A model generated the notes under the pieces. That model did no database searches. It saw nothing but the letters and a program-made list of their open reading frames with translations, and had not been told where the DNA came from. Positions 30,312 through 40,398 of a stretch of DNA of 64,000 nt are shown piece by piece; position 1 is the first letter of the stretch, and every line of letters begins with the position of its first letter. Position numbers and translations under genes: made by a program. This DNA is from Halarcobacter sp. (GTDB lineage Bacteria > Campylobacterota > Campylobacteria > Campylobacterales > Arcobacteraceae), in contig CP182352.1 of the NCBI GenBank assembly GCA_048571215.1, forward strand, positions 448,001 through 512,000, in the 5' to 3' direction.

Positions 30312-31307
30312 CTACACCACAAAATCAGAACTAGTAACTAATCCTGCTTCCCCATTCTCTTTTAGATAAAAGCTTGATTGTTTTAACAAGGCATACTCTT
30401 GATTTACACCTTTAGAATACACAAAGTTTGAATCAGCAGCTGCAAGGTAGATAGCTCCAACTCCTGCTTGTCCTAGAGCTATTAGAGAGCCCTCTTTGTT
30501 TTCATTTTTTTCCCAGATTAATAAGCTGTTAAAAATAGAATCATTTTCATCAATCCATGAATTTCCATCTTCATCATATACTTTTAACTCTTCAAATCCA
30601 TCGCCAGTATTTGCTCCAAAGAGTTCATTTCCATTATCTATAGTTCCATTATTGTCTTTATCAATAGCAAGAAATCCTGACCCCTCTTTTAATTGTGGAA
30701 TTAGTTCATTCTCTCCATCACTGTTTAAATCAAATTCAAAACTTAATTTGTTACTTATATTATCAAATGAACTAAGATTAGAATTATAGTTTATAATTAG
30801 TGGATCCAAATAGTTTACTTTTTTTGAAACAAAGGTTTCTTCAAAGCTTTCTGCAAACTTTTGAGAAAAAGAGATATCTAGGTCTATATTTATCTGACCT
30901 TTATTTGTTTTAACAAAGGCTTGGGTTTTGAAGTTTATATTACTTTCTTGATTGTACTGTTTTTTGTACGTAAAAGTTCTTTCTTCTATTTGTAGTTGTC
31001 TTATATTGTTTGATGAAGTTTCATTTTTTGGTTCTAGTTTAAAATCTTTATCTTTTGTAAAATTACTAATAAGTATCTCTAGGATTTTTTTATTTATTCT
31101 ATCTTGATGACTTAGTTCTTTTTCACTAGATAGCAATATTTTTTCAAGTTTTGTAGTTTCTATTTTTACCATATTTTGTCTATGGATTTCATTTTTTATA
31201 TCTTTTTTTGATTCAATTAAAACTGATTTAAAGCTATTAGTGCTTTCTTGTTCTATATTAAAACTAGTTTTTGCATTTATATTTATATTGGCTGTTTCAA
31301 TTTTCAT
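30312..31307 (-). CDS. Hypothetical protein with DxDxDG (EF-hand/VCBS-like) Ca-binding repeats
   Basis: DPLIIN, FDLNSDGENE, DKDNNGTIDNGNELFG, YDEDGNSWIDEND. Confidence 0.8.
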   Translation of the reverse strand: MKIETANININAKTSFNIEQESTNSFKSVLIESKKDIKNEIHRQNMVKIETTKLEKILLSSEKELSHQDRINKKILEILISNFTKDKDFKLEPKNETSSNNIRQLQIEERTFTYKKQYNQESNINFKTQAFVKTNKGQINIDLDISFSQKFAESFEETFVSKKVNYLDPLIINYNSNLSSFDNISNKLSFEFDLNSDGENELIPQLKEGSGFLAIDKDNNGTIDNGNELFGANTGDGFEELKVYDEDGNSWIDENDSIFNSLLIWEKNENKEGSLIALGQAGVGAIYLAAADSNFVYSKGVNQEYALLKQSSFYLKENGEAGLVTSSDFVV

Positions 31308-31398
31308 ATTAAATCCTTAATAGTAATTGCTATTAAGGATTTTATTATAATATAATTAAATAAACTTTTAAATTACCTACTTAGAAAATATACTAAGA

Positions 31399-32409
31399 TT
31401 ATACAGCATAGTCAACACTACTAACAATCCCTGCTTCTCCATTCTCTTTTAAGAAAAAGCTTGCCTCTTTCATATTTGCTTTAATATCATTGTATCCATT
31501 TGCATAATTAAAATCAGTTTTAACCCCTGCTAGATAGATTGCCCCAACTCCTGCTTGACCTAAAGTGATTAAAGAGTTATTTCCATTTTCATCTTTTTCC
31601 CAAATTCTTAATTGACTAAAGATAGAATCATTTTCATCTATCCAATTGTTTCCATCCTCATCATAAGCTCTAAGCTCTTCAAATCCATCACCTGTATTTG
31701 GACCAAATAACTCATTACCATTATCGATATTTCCATTATTGTTTTTATCCAAAGCTAAGTAACCTGTTCCATTTACAAGTTCTGGAATAGTCTCATTTTC
31801 ACCATCACCATTTAAATCAAATTCAAAACTCATATTTTTGCTTATATTATCAAAACTTCCAATATCTGAATTATAATTGATTAGTAGAGGGTCTTGCATA
31901 GGAGCTCCAGCACTAATATTTATACTTTGTCTTTGATAAAACTCCTGTGTAAGTGACATATTGATATTAATATTAAACTCACCAGTATTAGTCTTTATTG
32001 TAGCTTGAGTACTAAACTCAACTGAGCTTTTTTGGTAATACTCTTGTGAACTTTGGAAACTAAAACCCCAATTTGGTCTTGATGATTGATTTGTATAAGG
32101 ATTTATATATACTTGCTGCATTTTTGAATGGTGGGGATATAATTTTATTTCTTTTTTACTTTTTGTTAATTGTTCAAGAAGAAGCTCAATTAGTATTTTT
32201 TTTATTTTATCTTCAAAAGAAAGATTTTCTTCATCATTATAAACAGCTTTAATATTATTTAGTCTTGGTTGCTTGATGTTTAGATTCTCTTTATTTTGAG
32301 CCTCTTTTAAATCATCACGTGAAAAAAGTCTTATAGATGTTAGACTTTGTTCTTTTTGTACAAAACTACTACTTGCTTGCATATCCACACTATAAGATTC
32401 GATTTTCAT
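31399..32409 (-). CDS. Paralog of 30312..31307 (DxDxDG Ca-binding repeat protein)
   Basis: Same motifs: DPLLIN, FDLNGDGENE, DKNNNGNIDNGNELFG, YDEDGNNWIDEND. Confidence 0.8.
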   Translation of the reverse strand: MKIESYSVDMQASSSFVQKEQSLTSIRLFSRDDLKEAQNKENLNIKQPRLNNIKAVYNDEENLSFEDKIKKILIELLLEQLTKSKKEIKLYPHHSKMQQVYINPYTNQSSRPNWGFSFQSSQEYYQKSSVEFSTQATIKTNTGEFNININMSLTQEFYQRQSINISAGAPMQDPLLINYNSDIGSFDNISKNMSFEFDLNGDGENETIPELVNGTGYLALDKNNNGNIDNGNELFGPNTGDGFEELRAYDEDGNNWIDENDSIFSQLRIWEKDENGNNSLITLGQAGVGAIYLAGVKTDFNYANGYNDIKANMKEASFFLKENGEAGIVSSVDYAV

Positions 32410-32522
32410 AATATACTCCTATAAACTATATTTAAGAATTGTACATCAAAATAAATAAATTTTGATTTAAATTATTTATCTAAATTTGGGAACTTCATAT
32501 TAAATTAGATATTATTGCACCC

Positions 32523-33761
32523 ATGAATAATAAATATGATGCAATAATAATAGGTTCAGGGGCAGCTGGTATGATAGCCTCTATAAAAGCCTCAAAAGAG
32601 GGTAAAAAAGTACTTTTAGTAGAACAACAAAACAAACTAGGTCCAAAGCTTAAAGCTACAGGTGGAGGCAAATGTAACTTAACTAATACTTTGGATAATG
32701 AAACTTTTATGAAAAGTTTTGGTAAAAATGGTAAATTTATGAGTGATTGTTTGAATATTTTTGATTATAAAGATTTAATTGAGTTTTTTAAAGATATTGG
32801 CGTTGATACACATATCCCTGATGGCTTTAGGGTATTTCCTGTTACCCATAATTCTCAAACTATAATAGAAGCTTTAAAAAATGAGCTTATAAAACTGAAT
32901 GTTGAAGTTAGAACAAATACAAAAGTTATAGATTTACTTTTAAAATATGAAGAGATAGATGGGGTAAAAACAGAAAATGAAAACATTATCTCATCAAATG
33001 TGATAATTGCAACTGGTGGTTTAGGTTACAGTAAGCTAGGGGCATTGGGAGATGGTTATAGATTTGCAAAATCTTTAGGACATAATGTTACAAAACTATA
33101 TGCTGCTATGTTACCACTTATTTCAAAAGAGAAATGGGTAGCCTCTTGTAAGGCAGATACGATAGCAAAGGCTATATTAAGTGTTGATATGAAAAAACAC
33201 AAAAACTTAAAGGCAGTTGGGGATTTGATTTTTACTTCAAATGGAATTAGAGGTCCTGTTGTTTTAGATTTTTCAAGAGAGATTACACCTTTGCTTGATA
33301 AGTATGGAGAGATTCCTATTGTGATGAATCTTGTAAAAGGTTTAAATCAAGAACAAATATTTACACATATCAAAAATGAATCAACAAAAAATCCAAGTGC
33401 AACTATTTTAGAGGTTTTAAGCCCTCTATTACCTATAAGTGTTATAAAAGAACTATCCCTTTTAGTTGGTGCAGATTTTAATAAAAGATTTAAAGATTTA
33501 CAAGGTCAAACAAGAGATGCTTTAGTTAAGATTATAACTTCAACTCCTTTGACTATAACTGATCATGTTGGTTTTGAAAAAGCTATGATAACAAGGGGTG
33601 GAATAAGCTTAAAAGAGATAAACCCTAAAACTATGCAAAGTAAGATTGTAAAAGGCTTATATTTTTGTGGTGAGGTTATGGATTTAGATGGACCTTGTGG
33701 AGGATACAATCTTCAATGGGCTTTTTCAAGTGGTTATACAGCTGGAAAACTACAAAATTAG
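32523..33761 (+). CDS. HI0933/BaiN family flavoprotein
   Basis: GSGAAG, TGGGKCNLTN, ATGG, TRGGI, GPCGGYNLQWAFSSG. Confidence 0.93.
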   Translation: MNNKYDAIIIGSGAAGMIASIKASKEGKKVLLVEQQNKLGPKLKATGGGKCNLTNTLDNETFMKSFGKNGKFMSDCLNIFDYKDLIEFFKDIGVDTHIPDGFRVFPVTHNSQTIIEALKNELIKLNVEVRTNTKVIDLLLKYEEIDGVKTENENIISSNVIIATGGLGYSKLGALGDGYRFAKSLGHNVTKLYAAMLPLISKEKWVASCKADTIAKAILSVDMKKHKNLKAVGDLIFTSNGIRGPVVLDFSREITPLLDKYGEIPIVMNLVKGLNQEQIFTHIKNESTKNPSATILEVLSPLLPISVIKELSLLVGADFNKRFKDLQGQTRDALVKIITSTPLTITDHVGFEKAMITRGGISLKEINPKTMQSKIVKGLYFCGEVMDLDGPCGGYNLQWAFSSGYTAGKLQN

Positions 33762-34246
33762 GGTTTAAAGGTTTTTATATATTTTGCATTCTCTTTTGTA
33801 ATACTTGTCCAAGAGTCACAATCAAACTCAATTTTTATTATATTGGATGTGCTAATTTCCTCTTTTACTCCTCCTAAGCTTAAGCTTAGAGCTGTTAAAG
33901 ATGGGTTGTGACCTATTATTAGTAGAGTCTGAACAGTATCAAATGTATAATTGATTGATTCTACAATCTCATTTAAGAAAGCTTGATATATAACCTCATT
34001 GTACATTATACTTTTATTATATTCTAAAACATCACATAGGGTTTCAGCTGTTTGCCTAGCTCTTATAGCTGGACTAGAAACTATCAAATCAGGGAAACTA
34101 TCCTCTTCTTTTAATTTATAGGCAACTGATTTTACATCTTCAAAACCTTGAGCTGTTAGTTCTACATCGTAATCATGTGCATAAGTTTTGTTTATGTTTT
34201 TTTCTGCATGTCTCATTATATAAAGTGTTTTCATATCATTTCTCAT
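33758..34246 (-). CDS. SixA-type phosphohistidine phosphatase
   Basis: LYIMRHA, SSPAIRARQTA, IIGHNP. Confidence 0.88.
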   Translation of the reverse strand: MRNDMKTLYIMRHAEKNINKTYAHDYDVELTAQGFEDVKSVAYKLKEEDSFPDLIVSSPAIRARQTAETLCDVLEYNKSIMYNEVIYQAFLNEIVESINYTFDTVQTLLIIGHNPSLTALSLSLGGVKEEISTSNIIKIEFDCDSWTSITKENAKYIKTFKP

Positions 34247-34318
34247 AAATAAATTTTATTATTGATTTTAAGAATATTTAACTTGAAAAAAAATAAAACT
34301 CATTACTTTTTATCAAAA

Positions 34319-34810
34319 TTAATTATTATATTTTTTAGGATATTCAAAAGATACAAGTTTGGCATTTTTTTTACCTATCTCTCTCCATGTATTACAATCA
34401 AATTCTAATTCTAAAACACCACAAGTAGGAATATTCTGATTAAAATCAACAAAATAAAAGGCCAAAATATTTATTGCAGGATTATGACCTATTAGATATA
34501 CTGTATCATATTCATCTGCGATAAAGCTTACAACTTCAAGTATTGTTTTTAAATCAGCTTCATAAATATATTCATTGAACATAATATCTTTATGATACAT
34601 AAGCTCTTGAGCAATGATTCTTGCAGTTTCCCTTGCTCTATATGCTGGGCTTGATATTATCAGATCAGGTATATGTCCATCTTTTCTTAGAAGTTCTCCC
34701 ATATAGGGAGCATCTTTTTTACCTCTTTTGTTTAAGGGTCTATCAAAATCATCTAATGTAGGATTTGACCAGTCTGATTTTCCATGTCTGATAATATATA
34801 ATCTCTTCAT
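34319..34810 (-). CDS. SixA-type phosphohistidine phosphatase
   Basis: RHGKSDW, DFDRPLNKRG, SSPAYRARET, IGHNP. Confidence 0.9.
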   Translation of the reverse strand: MKRLYIIRHGKSDWSNPTLDDFDRPLNKRGKKDAPYMGELLRKDGHIPDLIISSPAYRARETARIIAQELMYHKDIMFNEYIYEADLKTILEVVSFIADEYDTVYLIGHNPAINILAFYFVDFNQNIPTCGVLELEFDCNTWREIGKKNAKLVSFEYPKKYNN

Positions 34811-34934
34811 TTTATCCTCTTTTTTAAGAAGTAATTATTATAACTATATTTAAATAATATTCAATAAAGCTATATAGATTTATTAAACATTTATTAATAA
34901 TTTGATGATAAAATATGGAAAAAAAAGGAGATTT

Positions 34935-35786
34935 ATGGAGCAAGCAAAAACAGTTTTTTTATTAACTTCACTTACTGTATTATTTGTATTTATTGGATAC
35001 TCTTTTGGTGGAACAAATGGTATGTTAATCGCCTTTTTATTTGCAGGTGGTATGAATTTTTACGCTTACTACTATTCAGATAAACAAGTACTAAAACATT
35101 ATAATGCAACACCAATTGAAGATAGAAATCATCCTGTATATAGAATTACACAAAATTTAGTAGCAAAAGCTGGTCTTCCTATGCCAAAGGTTTATTTAAT
35201 ACCAGATCATACACCAAATGCTTTTGCAACAGGAAGAAATCATGAAAATGCAGCAGTAGCTGTTACTATGGGCTTATATGAGATGTTAAATGAGAAAGAG
35301 TTAGAAGGTGTTATTGCCCATGAATTATCACATATAAAACATTATGATATCTTAGTTGGTACAATTGCTGCTGTATTTGCAGGGGCTATTGCAATGATTG
35401 CAAATATGATGCAATTTTCTGCAATATTTGGAGGGAATAATAGACAAGGTGTACATCCAGCTATTATGATTCTTATGGCTATTTTGTTACCACTTGCAGC
35501 TTCTATAATACAAATGACAGTAAGTAGAAGTAGGGAGTTTATGGCAGATGAGGGCTCAGCTCGTATGACAAAGAATCCAGCTGGATTACAAAGTGCCTTG
35601 TCAAAACTTGAAAAATATGCAAGAAATGGACATCACATACACAATGCAACAGAACAAACAGCACATATGTTTATTATAAACCCTTTTTCAGGGATGAAAT
35701 CAACTTTTGGAAATCTTTTTAGAACTCATCCAACAACAGAAGATAGAATAGCTAGATTAGAAGAATTAAAATCTGAGGTTCAATAG
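34935..35786 (+). CDS. htpX: Zinc metalloprotease HtpX
   Basis: [28 protein letters not shown] 34935 follows AAGGAG. Confidence 0.95.
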   Translation: MEQAKTVFLLTSLTVLFVFIGYSFGGTNGMLIAFLFAGGMNFYAYYYSDKQVLKHYNATPIEDRNHPVYRITQNLVAKAGLPMPKVYLIPDHTPNAFATGRNHENAAVAVTMGLYEMLNEKELEGVIAHELSHIKHYDILVGTIAAVFAGAIAMIANMMQFSAIFGGNNRQGVHPAIMILMAILLPLAASIIQMTVSRSREFMADEGSARMTKNPAGLQSALSKLEKYARNGHHIHNATEQTAHMFIINPFSGMKSTFGNLFRTHPTTEDRIARLEELKSEVQ

Positions 35787-35806
35787 AGATTTATTAATCT
35801 CTATTG
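35781..35806. terminator. Hairpin between convergent htpX and DUF134 genes
   Basis: CAATAGAGATT-TATT-AATCTCTATTG. Confidence 0.6.
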
Positions 35807-36391
35807 AAAAATATCTACAAGTTTATCTTCTGTTACATCTTCTTGTAAAATTGGATAAATACCCTTAGCAATAAGTGAAATCTTTAAATCGTAATCTATA
35901 TCTTCTATTAAAAAATAGTTTACTTTATAGTCATATAATACATCTGGAAGTACATTACAGGCTGCTTCATCCTCATTTTGATACATAGGATTATTTATAC
36001 AGTTTGATGATTTTAGTTTATAATCTTTTATAAAGTATATCCAGATATATTTAGCTGTATCATCCGCATATTGAAGTTCTTCATTACTATGTGAACATAT
36101 TGCAATATGAAACTCATTTTTTATCTCATGAACTTTTATATTACTACCAGTAATTAGTGCCAACGAGATTTTTTTTCTAGCACTTTTTATTATCCTTGCA
36201 AATGTTGCTCTAGAAACATTCATTTTTTTTGCTGCATCCTCTTGATACATACAAAATGAATCCATCAAATGGATAGCTTCTAGTTCCTCATGCAATAATA
36301 TTACATCTTGTTTGGCCTTAATATCTTTTGGACCAAAATATTTTGAAACTGGTTTTAATTCAAGTTTTCTTTGAAGTTTTTCTCTTGCCAT
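35801..36391 (-). CDS. DUF134 HTH protein with a NifB/NifX-like C-terminal domain
   Basis: YFGP, EELEAIHLMD, QEDAAKKMNVSRATFARIIKSARKKI. Confidence 0.85.
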   Translation of the reverse strand: MAREKLQRKLELKPVSKYFGPKDIKAKQDVILLHEELEAIHLMDSFCMYQEDAAKKMNVSRATFARIIKSARKKISLALITGSNIKVHEIKNEFHIAICSHSNEELQYADDTAKYIWIYFIKDYKLKSSNCINNPMYQNEDEAACNVLPDVLYDYKVNYFLIEDIDYDLKISLIAKGIYPILQEDVTEDKLVDIFQ

Positions 36392-36444
36392 TAATAACCT
36401 TAATTTTGATACTGAAATTTTAACACAAGTTTATTAAATTATAC

Positions 36445-36491
36445 TTGACATATGCTCTTTTAGATGTTATAATTCTGACATATGTTCATAA
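36445..36491 (+). promoter_or_regulatory. Consensus sigma70 promoter with two TGACATATGYTC boxes
   Basis: TTGACA (36445), 17-bp spacer, TATAAT (36468). TGACATATGCTC at 36446 and TGACATATGTTC at 36476. Confidence 0.7.
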
Positions 36492-36734
36492 GTAGTTGAA
36501 TTTATATATTTTATTTAATAAATTGTAATTTTCTTTGGTAACCTTTTTGGTTCCAGTATTCTACAAAGTATATGTATTAAGTTAGCTTTAACGAACATAT
36601 TTTTAAACATCAGTTAGCATTTTAGGATAAATTTATAATTGTCTTTTCCCTAGTCATTACTTTCACTCATCCTAATTGTTCTGATGTTTTAAAATCTCAT
36701 ATTAATTAATAGTATCTTTCCAATAGGAGAAAAC

Positions 36735-37076
36735 ATGCTAAGAGTAGTATTCCCTACAAACCAAAAAATGAGTTATATTTCACCAATTGCAAGTAGTTTT
36801 GAAAAATCTAATTATTTAACAGTTTTAGATTTGATGGGTCAAAATATAGCTGATGTTCATATAATCAAAAATCCACATCCTCATAGTGATGAGGAGATTA
36901 TAAAAGAGTGCGTTGATAAACACTTTGGTGTTTTAATACTTCCAGATTGTAAAAATGTACCAGTAAAGAAATTGAAAAAAAATGGAACTACTGTATTTGA
37001 CTCTGGTAATAACAAAATCATAATCGATATAGTAAGTCAATTTATACAAGATAAATTAGTAAAAATAAAGTCTTAA
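36735..37076 (+). CDS. NifB/NifX family Fe-Mo cluster-binding-like protein
   Basis: MLRVVFPT...ISPIASSFEKSNYLTV...IKNP pattern, degenerate. Divergent from the DUF134 gene. Confidence 0.65.
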   Translation: MLRVVFPTNQKMSYISPIASSFEKSNYLTVLDLMGQNIADVHIIKNPHPHSDEEIIKECVDKHFGVLILPDCKNVPVKKLKKNGTTVFDSGNNKIIIDIVSQFIQDKLVKIKS

Positions 37077-37079
37077 TCC

Positions 37080-38033
37080 TTACCATTCAAATTGAAAAGT
37101 AGTATGAACAATTTTAAATTTATCTTTTAATTGATGATTCAATTCTAAAAGTAGTTTTTCATAGTTTTCAAGTGAAGATTTGTCAATTTTTACATGGGCA
37201 GTCATGTTATACATATCTTGAGTTATTTCCCAAATATGTATATCATGTAACTCTATAACATTTTTATTTTGTTCTATAAATGTTTTTACCTCATTTATAT
37301 CAATAGGTGAACTTTCCATTAAAGTATTTATAGAAGTTTTTAAAACATCTTTTGCCCATTTACCAATTACTAAGGCAACAACAATAGCTAATATAATATC
37401 TATAAAATACCATGAGGTAAAATATATTACAATATAGCCTATTATAATGGCTACAGAAGATAAGGCATCACTTAACATATGGATAAATGCAGATTTTAAA
37501 TTTATATTCTCTTTATCCCCTTGCATTAAAATTAAACCTGTAATAATATTTACAACTAAACCTATACTTGCAACAATTAAAGCCATTTTTATGTTTATAG
37601 TTTGAGGATTTAAAAACCTTTCAAAAGCTTCATATAAAATCCAAAGAATAGATAAAACAATAGTGATTCCATTTACAAAAGCTGCGAGTACTTCTATTCT
37701 ATAATAACCAAAAGTTTTCTCTAAAGGTGCTTTTTTATTTGCAATAATAATTGCAACAAGAGAGATTATAAGGGCAAAAGAGTGGGTAAACATATGTATG
37801 GCATCTGATATTAGTGCCAAAGAGTTTGACAAAAATCCATAAAAAAATTCAGCAAGCATAGTTATAAAAGTGATAGTAAGAGCGATTTTTAATACTTTTT
37901 TATCCATACTTCTATGGTCATGATGGTGTTCATGATGATCATGCTCGTGATGATGTTTGTGGGAGTGATCGTGATCAGAATGATTATTCAAAAAAGGTTT
38001 ATGTTCATTTAGTCCAAATTTGCAATTATACAT
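37080..38033 (-). CDS. Cation diffusion facilitator (CzcD/ZitB-like) with His-rich N-terminus
   Basis: HSDHDHSHKHHHEHDHHEHHHDH, SLALISDAIHM, TFGYYR, HMLSD, LHDIHIW. Confidence 0.93.
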   Translation of the reverse strand: MYNCKFGLNEHKPFLNNHSDHDHSHKHHHEHDHHEHHHDHRSMDKKVLKIALTITFITMLAEFFYGFLSNSLALISDAIHMFTHSFALIISLVAIIIANKKAPLEKTFGYYRIEVLAAFVNGITIVLSILWILYEAFERFLNPQTINIKMALIVASIGLVVNIITGLILMQGDKENINLKSAFIHMLSDALSSVAIIIGYIVIYFTSWYFIDIILAIVVALVIGKWAKDVLKTSINTLMESSPIDINEVKTFIEQNKNVIELHDIHIWEITQDMYNMTAHVKIDKSSLENYEKLLLELNHQLKDKFKIVHTTFQFEW

Positions 38034-38093
38034 TGGATAATTCCTCTAAAAAGATTATAAAATATATGCTATATTCATTCCATTATATATTAT

Positions 38094-38121
38094 AAAAAAA
38101 AAGCGAAGCCAAAGCTTCGCT
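38094..38121 (-). terminator. Rho-independent terminator
   Basis: Minus strand AGCGAAGC-TTTG-GCTTCGCT followed by a long T-run. Confidence 0.85.
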
Positions 38122-38200
38122 AGGTTCCTTTCAACTTGACCAAAGTAAAGGATTATGAAATGTTACAAAAAGATTCTTTAAGTAAAATAAAAACTAAACT

Positions 38201-39274
38201 TTAACTATAGATTTTTTTTAAATTATCCATTTTGCTACCTAAATTTAGTAAAACCATATCAGCAAGCACTAAAGAAATCATCGACTCTGCAACTACACTT
38301 CCTCTTATAGCAACACAAGGGTCGTGTCTTCCTTTTAGTTCACAAGTTACTTCTTGATTTTTTATATCAATTGTATCTTGTTTCATAAAAATAGAAGGGG
38401 TTGGCTTGAAATATACTTTTACATTAATATCATCTCCATTTGAGATACCACCTAATATCCCCCCACTGTGATTTGTTACAAAACCATTACTTCTAATTTG
38501 ATCATTATTTATATGACCCTTCTTATGAGAAGAACTTAGTCCATCACCAATCTCTACAGCTTTTACTGCATTTATACTCATCATTGCACTAGCTATTTGG
38601 GAATCTAGTTTATGATAAAGTGGTTCTCCCAAACCAGCAGGTGCATTTTTTACATTTACTAAAGCAACTCCACCCACAGAATCATGCTCATTTTTTGCAA
38701 TAAGTATAGCATCTTTTTGGAACTGTTCTTTATCTTTATCTAAGGCATAAATCTCAGAAGTTTTTGCAAATTCGAAGTCAATGTTAGATGATTTTATTCC
38801 ATCTATTTCACAAATTCCACTTTGAATTTTAAGCCCTAACTCTTTTAACATAAGTTTTGCAATAGCACCAGCTGCAACTCTTGCTGATGTTTCCCTTGCA
38901 CTACTTCTTCCTCCACCTCTATAATCTCTAATTCCATATTTCGCAAAATAAGTAAAATCTGCATGACCTGGTCTAAAAAGGTCTTTTACATTTGTATAAT
39001 CTTTACTTTTTTGATTTTCATTAAAAATCACCATAGATATGGGTGTTCCTGTAGTAAGTCCTTCAAATACTCCAGATAAAATCTCAACTCTATCTGATTC
39101 TTTTCTAGCAGTAGCAAACTCATTTTTACCAGGCTTTCTTCTATCCATCTCTTCTTGAATAAAACTTTCATCTATTCTTAATCCAGCTGGAACCCCATCA
39201 ACTATACAACCTAAAGCCTTACCATGACTCTCTCCAAAGGTTGTAAATCTGAATTTTTGTCCAAAACTATTCAT
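38201..39274 (-). CDS. aroC: Chorismate synthase
   Basis: [29 protein letters not shown]. Confidence 0.97.
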   Translation of the reverse strand: MNSFGQKFRFTTFGESHGKALGCIVDGVPAGLRIDESFIQEEMDRRKPGKNEFATARKESDRVEILSGVFEGLTTGTPISMVIFNENQKSKDYTNVKDLFRPGHADFTYFAKYGIRDYRGGGRSSARETSARVAAGAIAKLMLKELGLKIQSGICEIDGIKSSNIDFEFAKTSEIYALDKDKEQFQKDAILIAKNEHDSVGGVALVNVKNAPAGLGEPLYHKLDSQIASAMMSINAVKAVEIGDGLSSSHKKGHINNDQIRSNGFVTNHSGGILGGISNGDDINVKVYFKPTPSIFMKQDTIDIKNQEVTCELKGRHDPCVAIRGSVVAESMISLVLADMVLLNLGSKMDNLKKIYS

Positions 39275-39952
39275 TTACTTTTTCCCTTTTAATATATCTA
39301 TTGCTATTTTAGCAACTGCTTGTTGTGCAAGTTTTTTACTTTTCCCAATAGCTTTACCATAGGTTTTATCATCTATCCAAAGTGATACTTCAAACTCTTT
39401 TTTATGATCAGGTCCATATGAACCCTCTATACGATACTCAGGAATTGTTCCAAATTCTGCTTGAGTTATCTCTTGTAAGGCTGTTTTATAATCACTAAAA
39501 AGTACATCTAGATTTATTTTATCATATGTATTTTCTAGAAGATCTAAGATTATTGGTTTTAGAACTTCTAAACCTGATTCTAAATAAATAGCACCCATAA
39601 TTGCCTCAAAGGCATCTGATAAAATTGAGGCTTTACTTCTACCTTTATTTCTCTCTTCTGCATTTGAAATAAAAATATAATCCCCCAGTTTTATCTCTCT
39701 TGCTAGTTTTGTAAAACCAGTTTCATTTACTAAACTTGCTCTTATTTTTGAGAGATCTCCCTCATTTGATGTTGGGAATTTTTTAAATAGATATTCTCCA
39801 ACTATTAAGTTTAAAACCGCATCTCCTAAAAACTCTAACCTTTCATTATTGTAAGGTTTTTTAAAACTTTTGTGTGTAAGTGCTTCGATTATCAGGTCTT
39901 TATCTTTAAACTGATAACCCAAACACCGTTCTAATTGTGAGTAATCATTCAT
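39275..39952 (-). CDS. rnc: Ribonuclease III
   Basis: [12 protein letters not shown]; ds[11 protein letters not shown]...GPDH. Confidence 0.97.
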   Translation of the reverse strand: MNDYSQLERCLGYQFKDKDLIIEALTHKSFKKPYNNERLEFLGDAVLNLIVGEYLFKKFPTSNEGDLSKIRASLVNETGFTKLAREIKLGDYIFISNAEERNKGRSKASILSDAFEAIMGAIYLESGLEVLKPIILDLLENTYDKINLDVLFSDYKTALQEITQAEFGTIPEYRIEGSYGPDHKKEFEVSLWIDDKTYGKAIGKSKKLAQQAVAKIAIDILKGKK

Positions 39953-39954
39953 TT

Positions 39955-40398
39955 TTAATTTTTTTCCTTTATAGATTCTGCTTGTGTACGTGCAAGTATA
40001 TCACATCTTTCATTATGTTCATGTCCAGCATGACCTTTTACCCATGTAGCTCTTATTTTATGGGACTTTGAAACCTCTACATACTCTTGCCATAGTTCAC
40101 AGTTTTTAACAGGCTTTTTTGCAGCTGTTCGCCAATTGTTTTTAATCCAAGAGTTTAACCATTCATTTATACCTTTTACAACATAAGTGGAATCAGAGAT
40201 AATATGAACATCACAAGGCTCTTTTAATGCCTTAATCCCTTCTATTACCCCCTTTAGTTCCATTTGATTGTTTGTGGTATTATCTTTGGCTCCACTTAGC
40301 TCTTTTTCTTTTCCATTATATTCTAAAATAGTCCCCCAACCACCTGGACCTGGATTACCCAAAGAGGAACCATCACTGTAAAGATTGATTTGTTTCAC
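39955..40398 (-). CDS. rnhA: Ribonuclease HI
   Basis: [33 protein letters not shown]. Confidence 0.97.
   Translation of the reverse strand: MKQINLYSDGSSLGNPGPGGWGTILEYNGKEKELSGAKDNTTNNQMELKGVIEGIKALKEPCDVHIISDSTYVVKGINEWLNSWIKNNWRTAAKKPVKNCELWQEYVEVSKSHKIRATWVKGHAGHEHNERCDILARTQAESIKEKN

Noticed and set aside
32313..32328. TCACGTGAAA resembling parS
   Set aside because: Only the core matches TGTTTCACGTGAAACA, it is a single copy, and it lies inside a CDS.
37921..37985. CAT/CAC-rich low-complexity repeat
   Set aside because: It encodes the usual His-rich tail of a CDF metal exporter.
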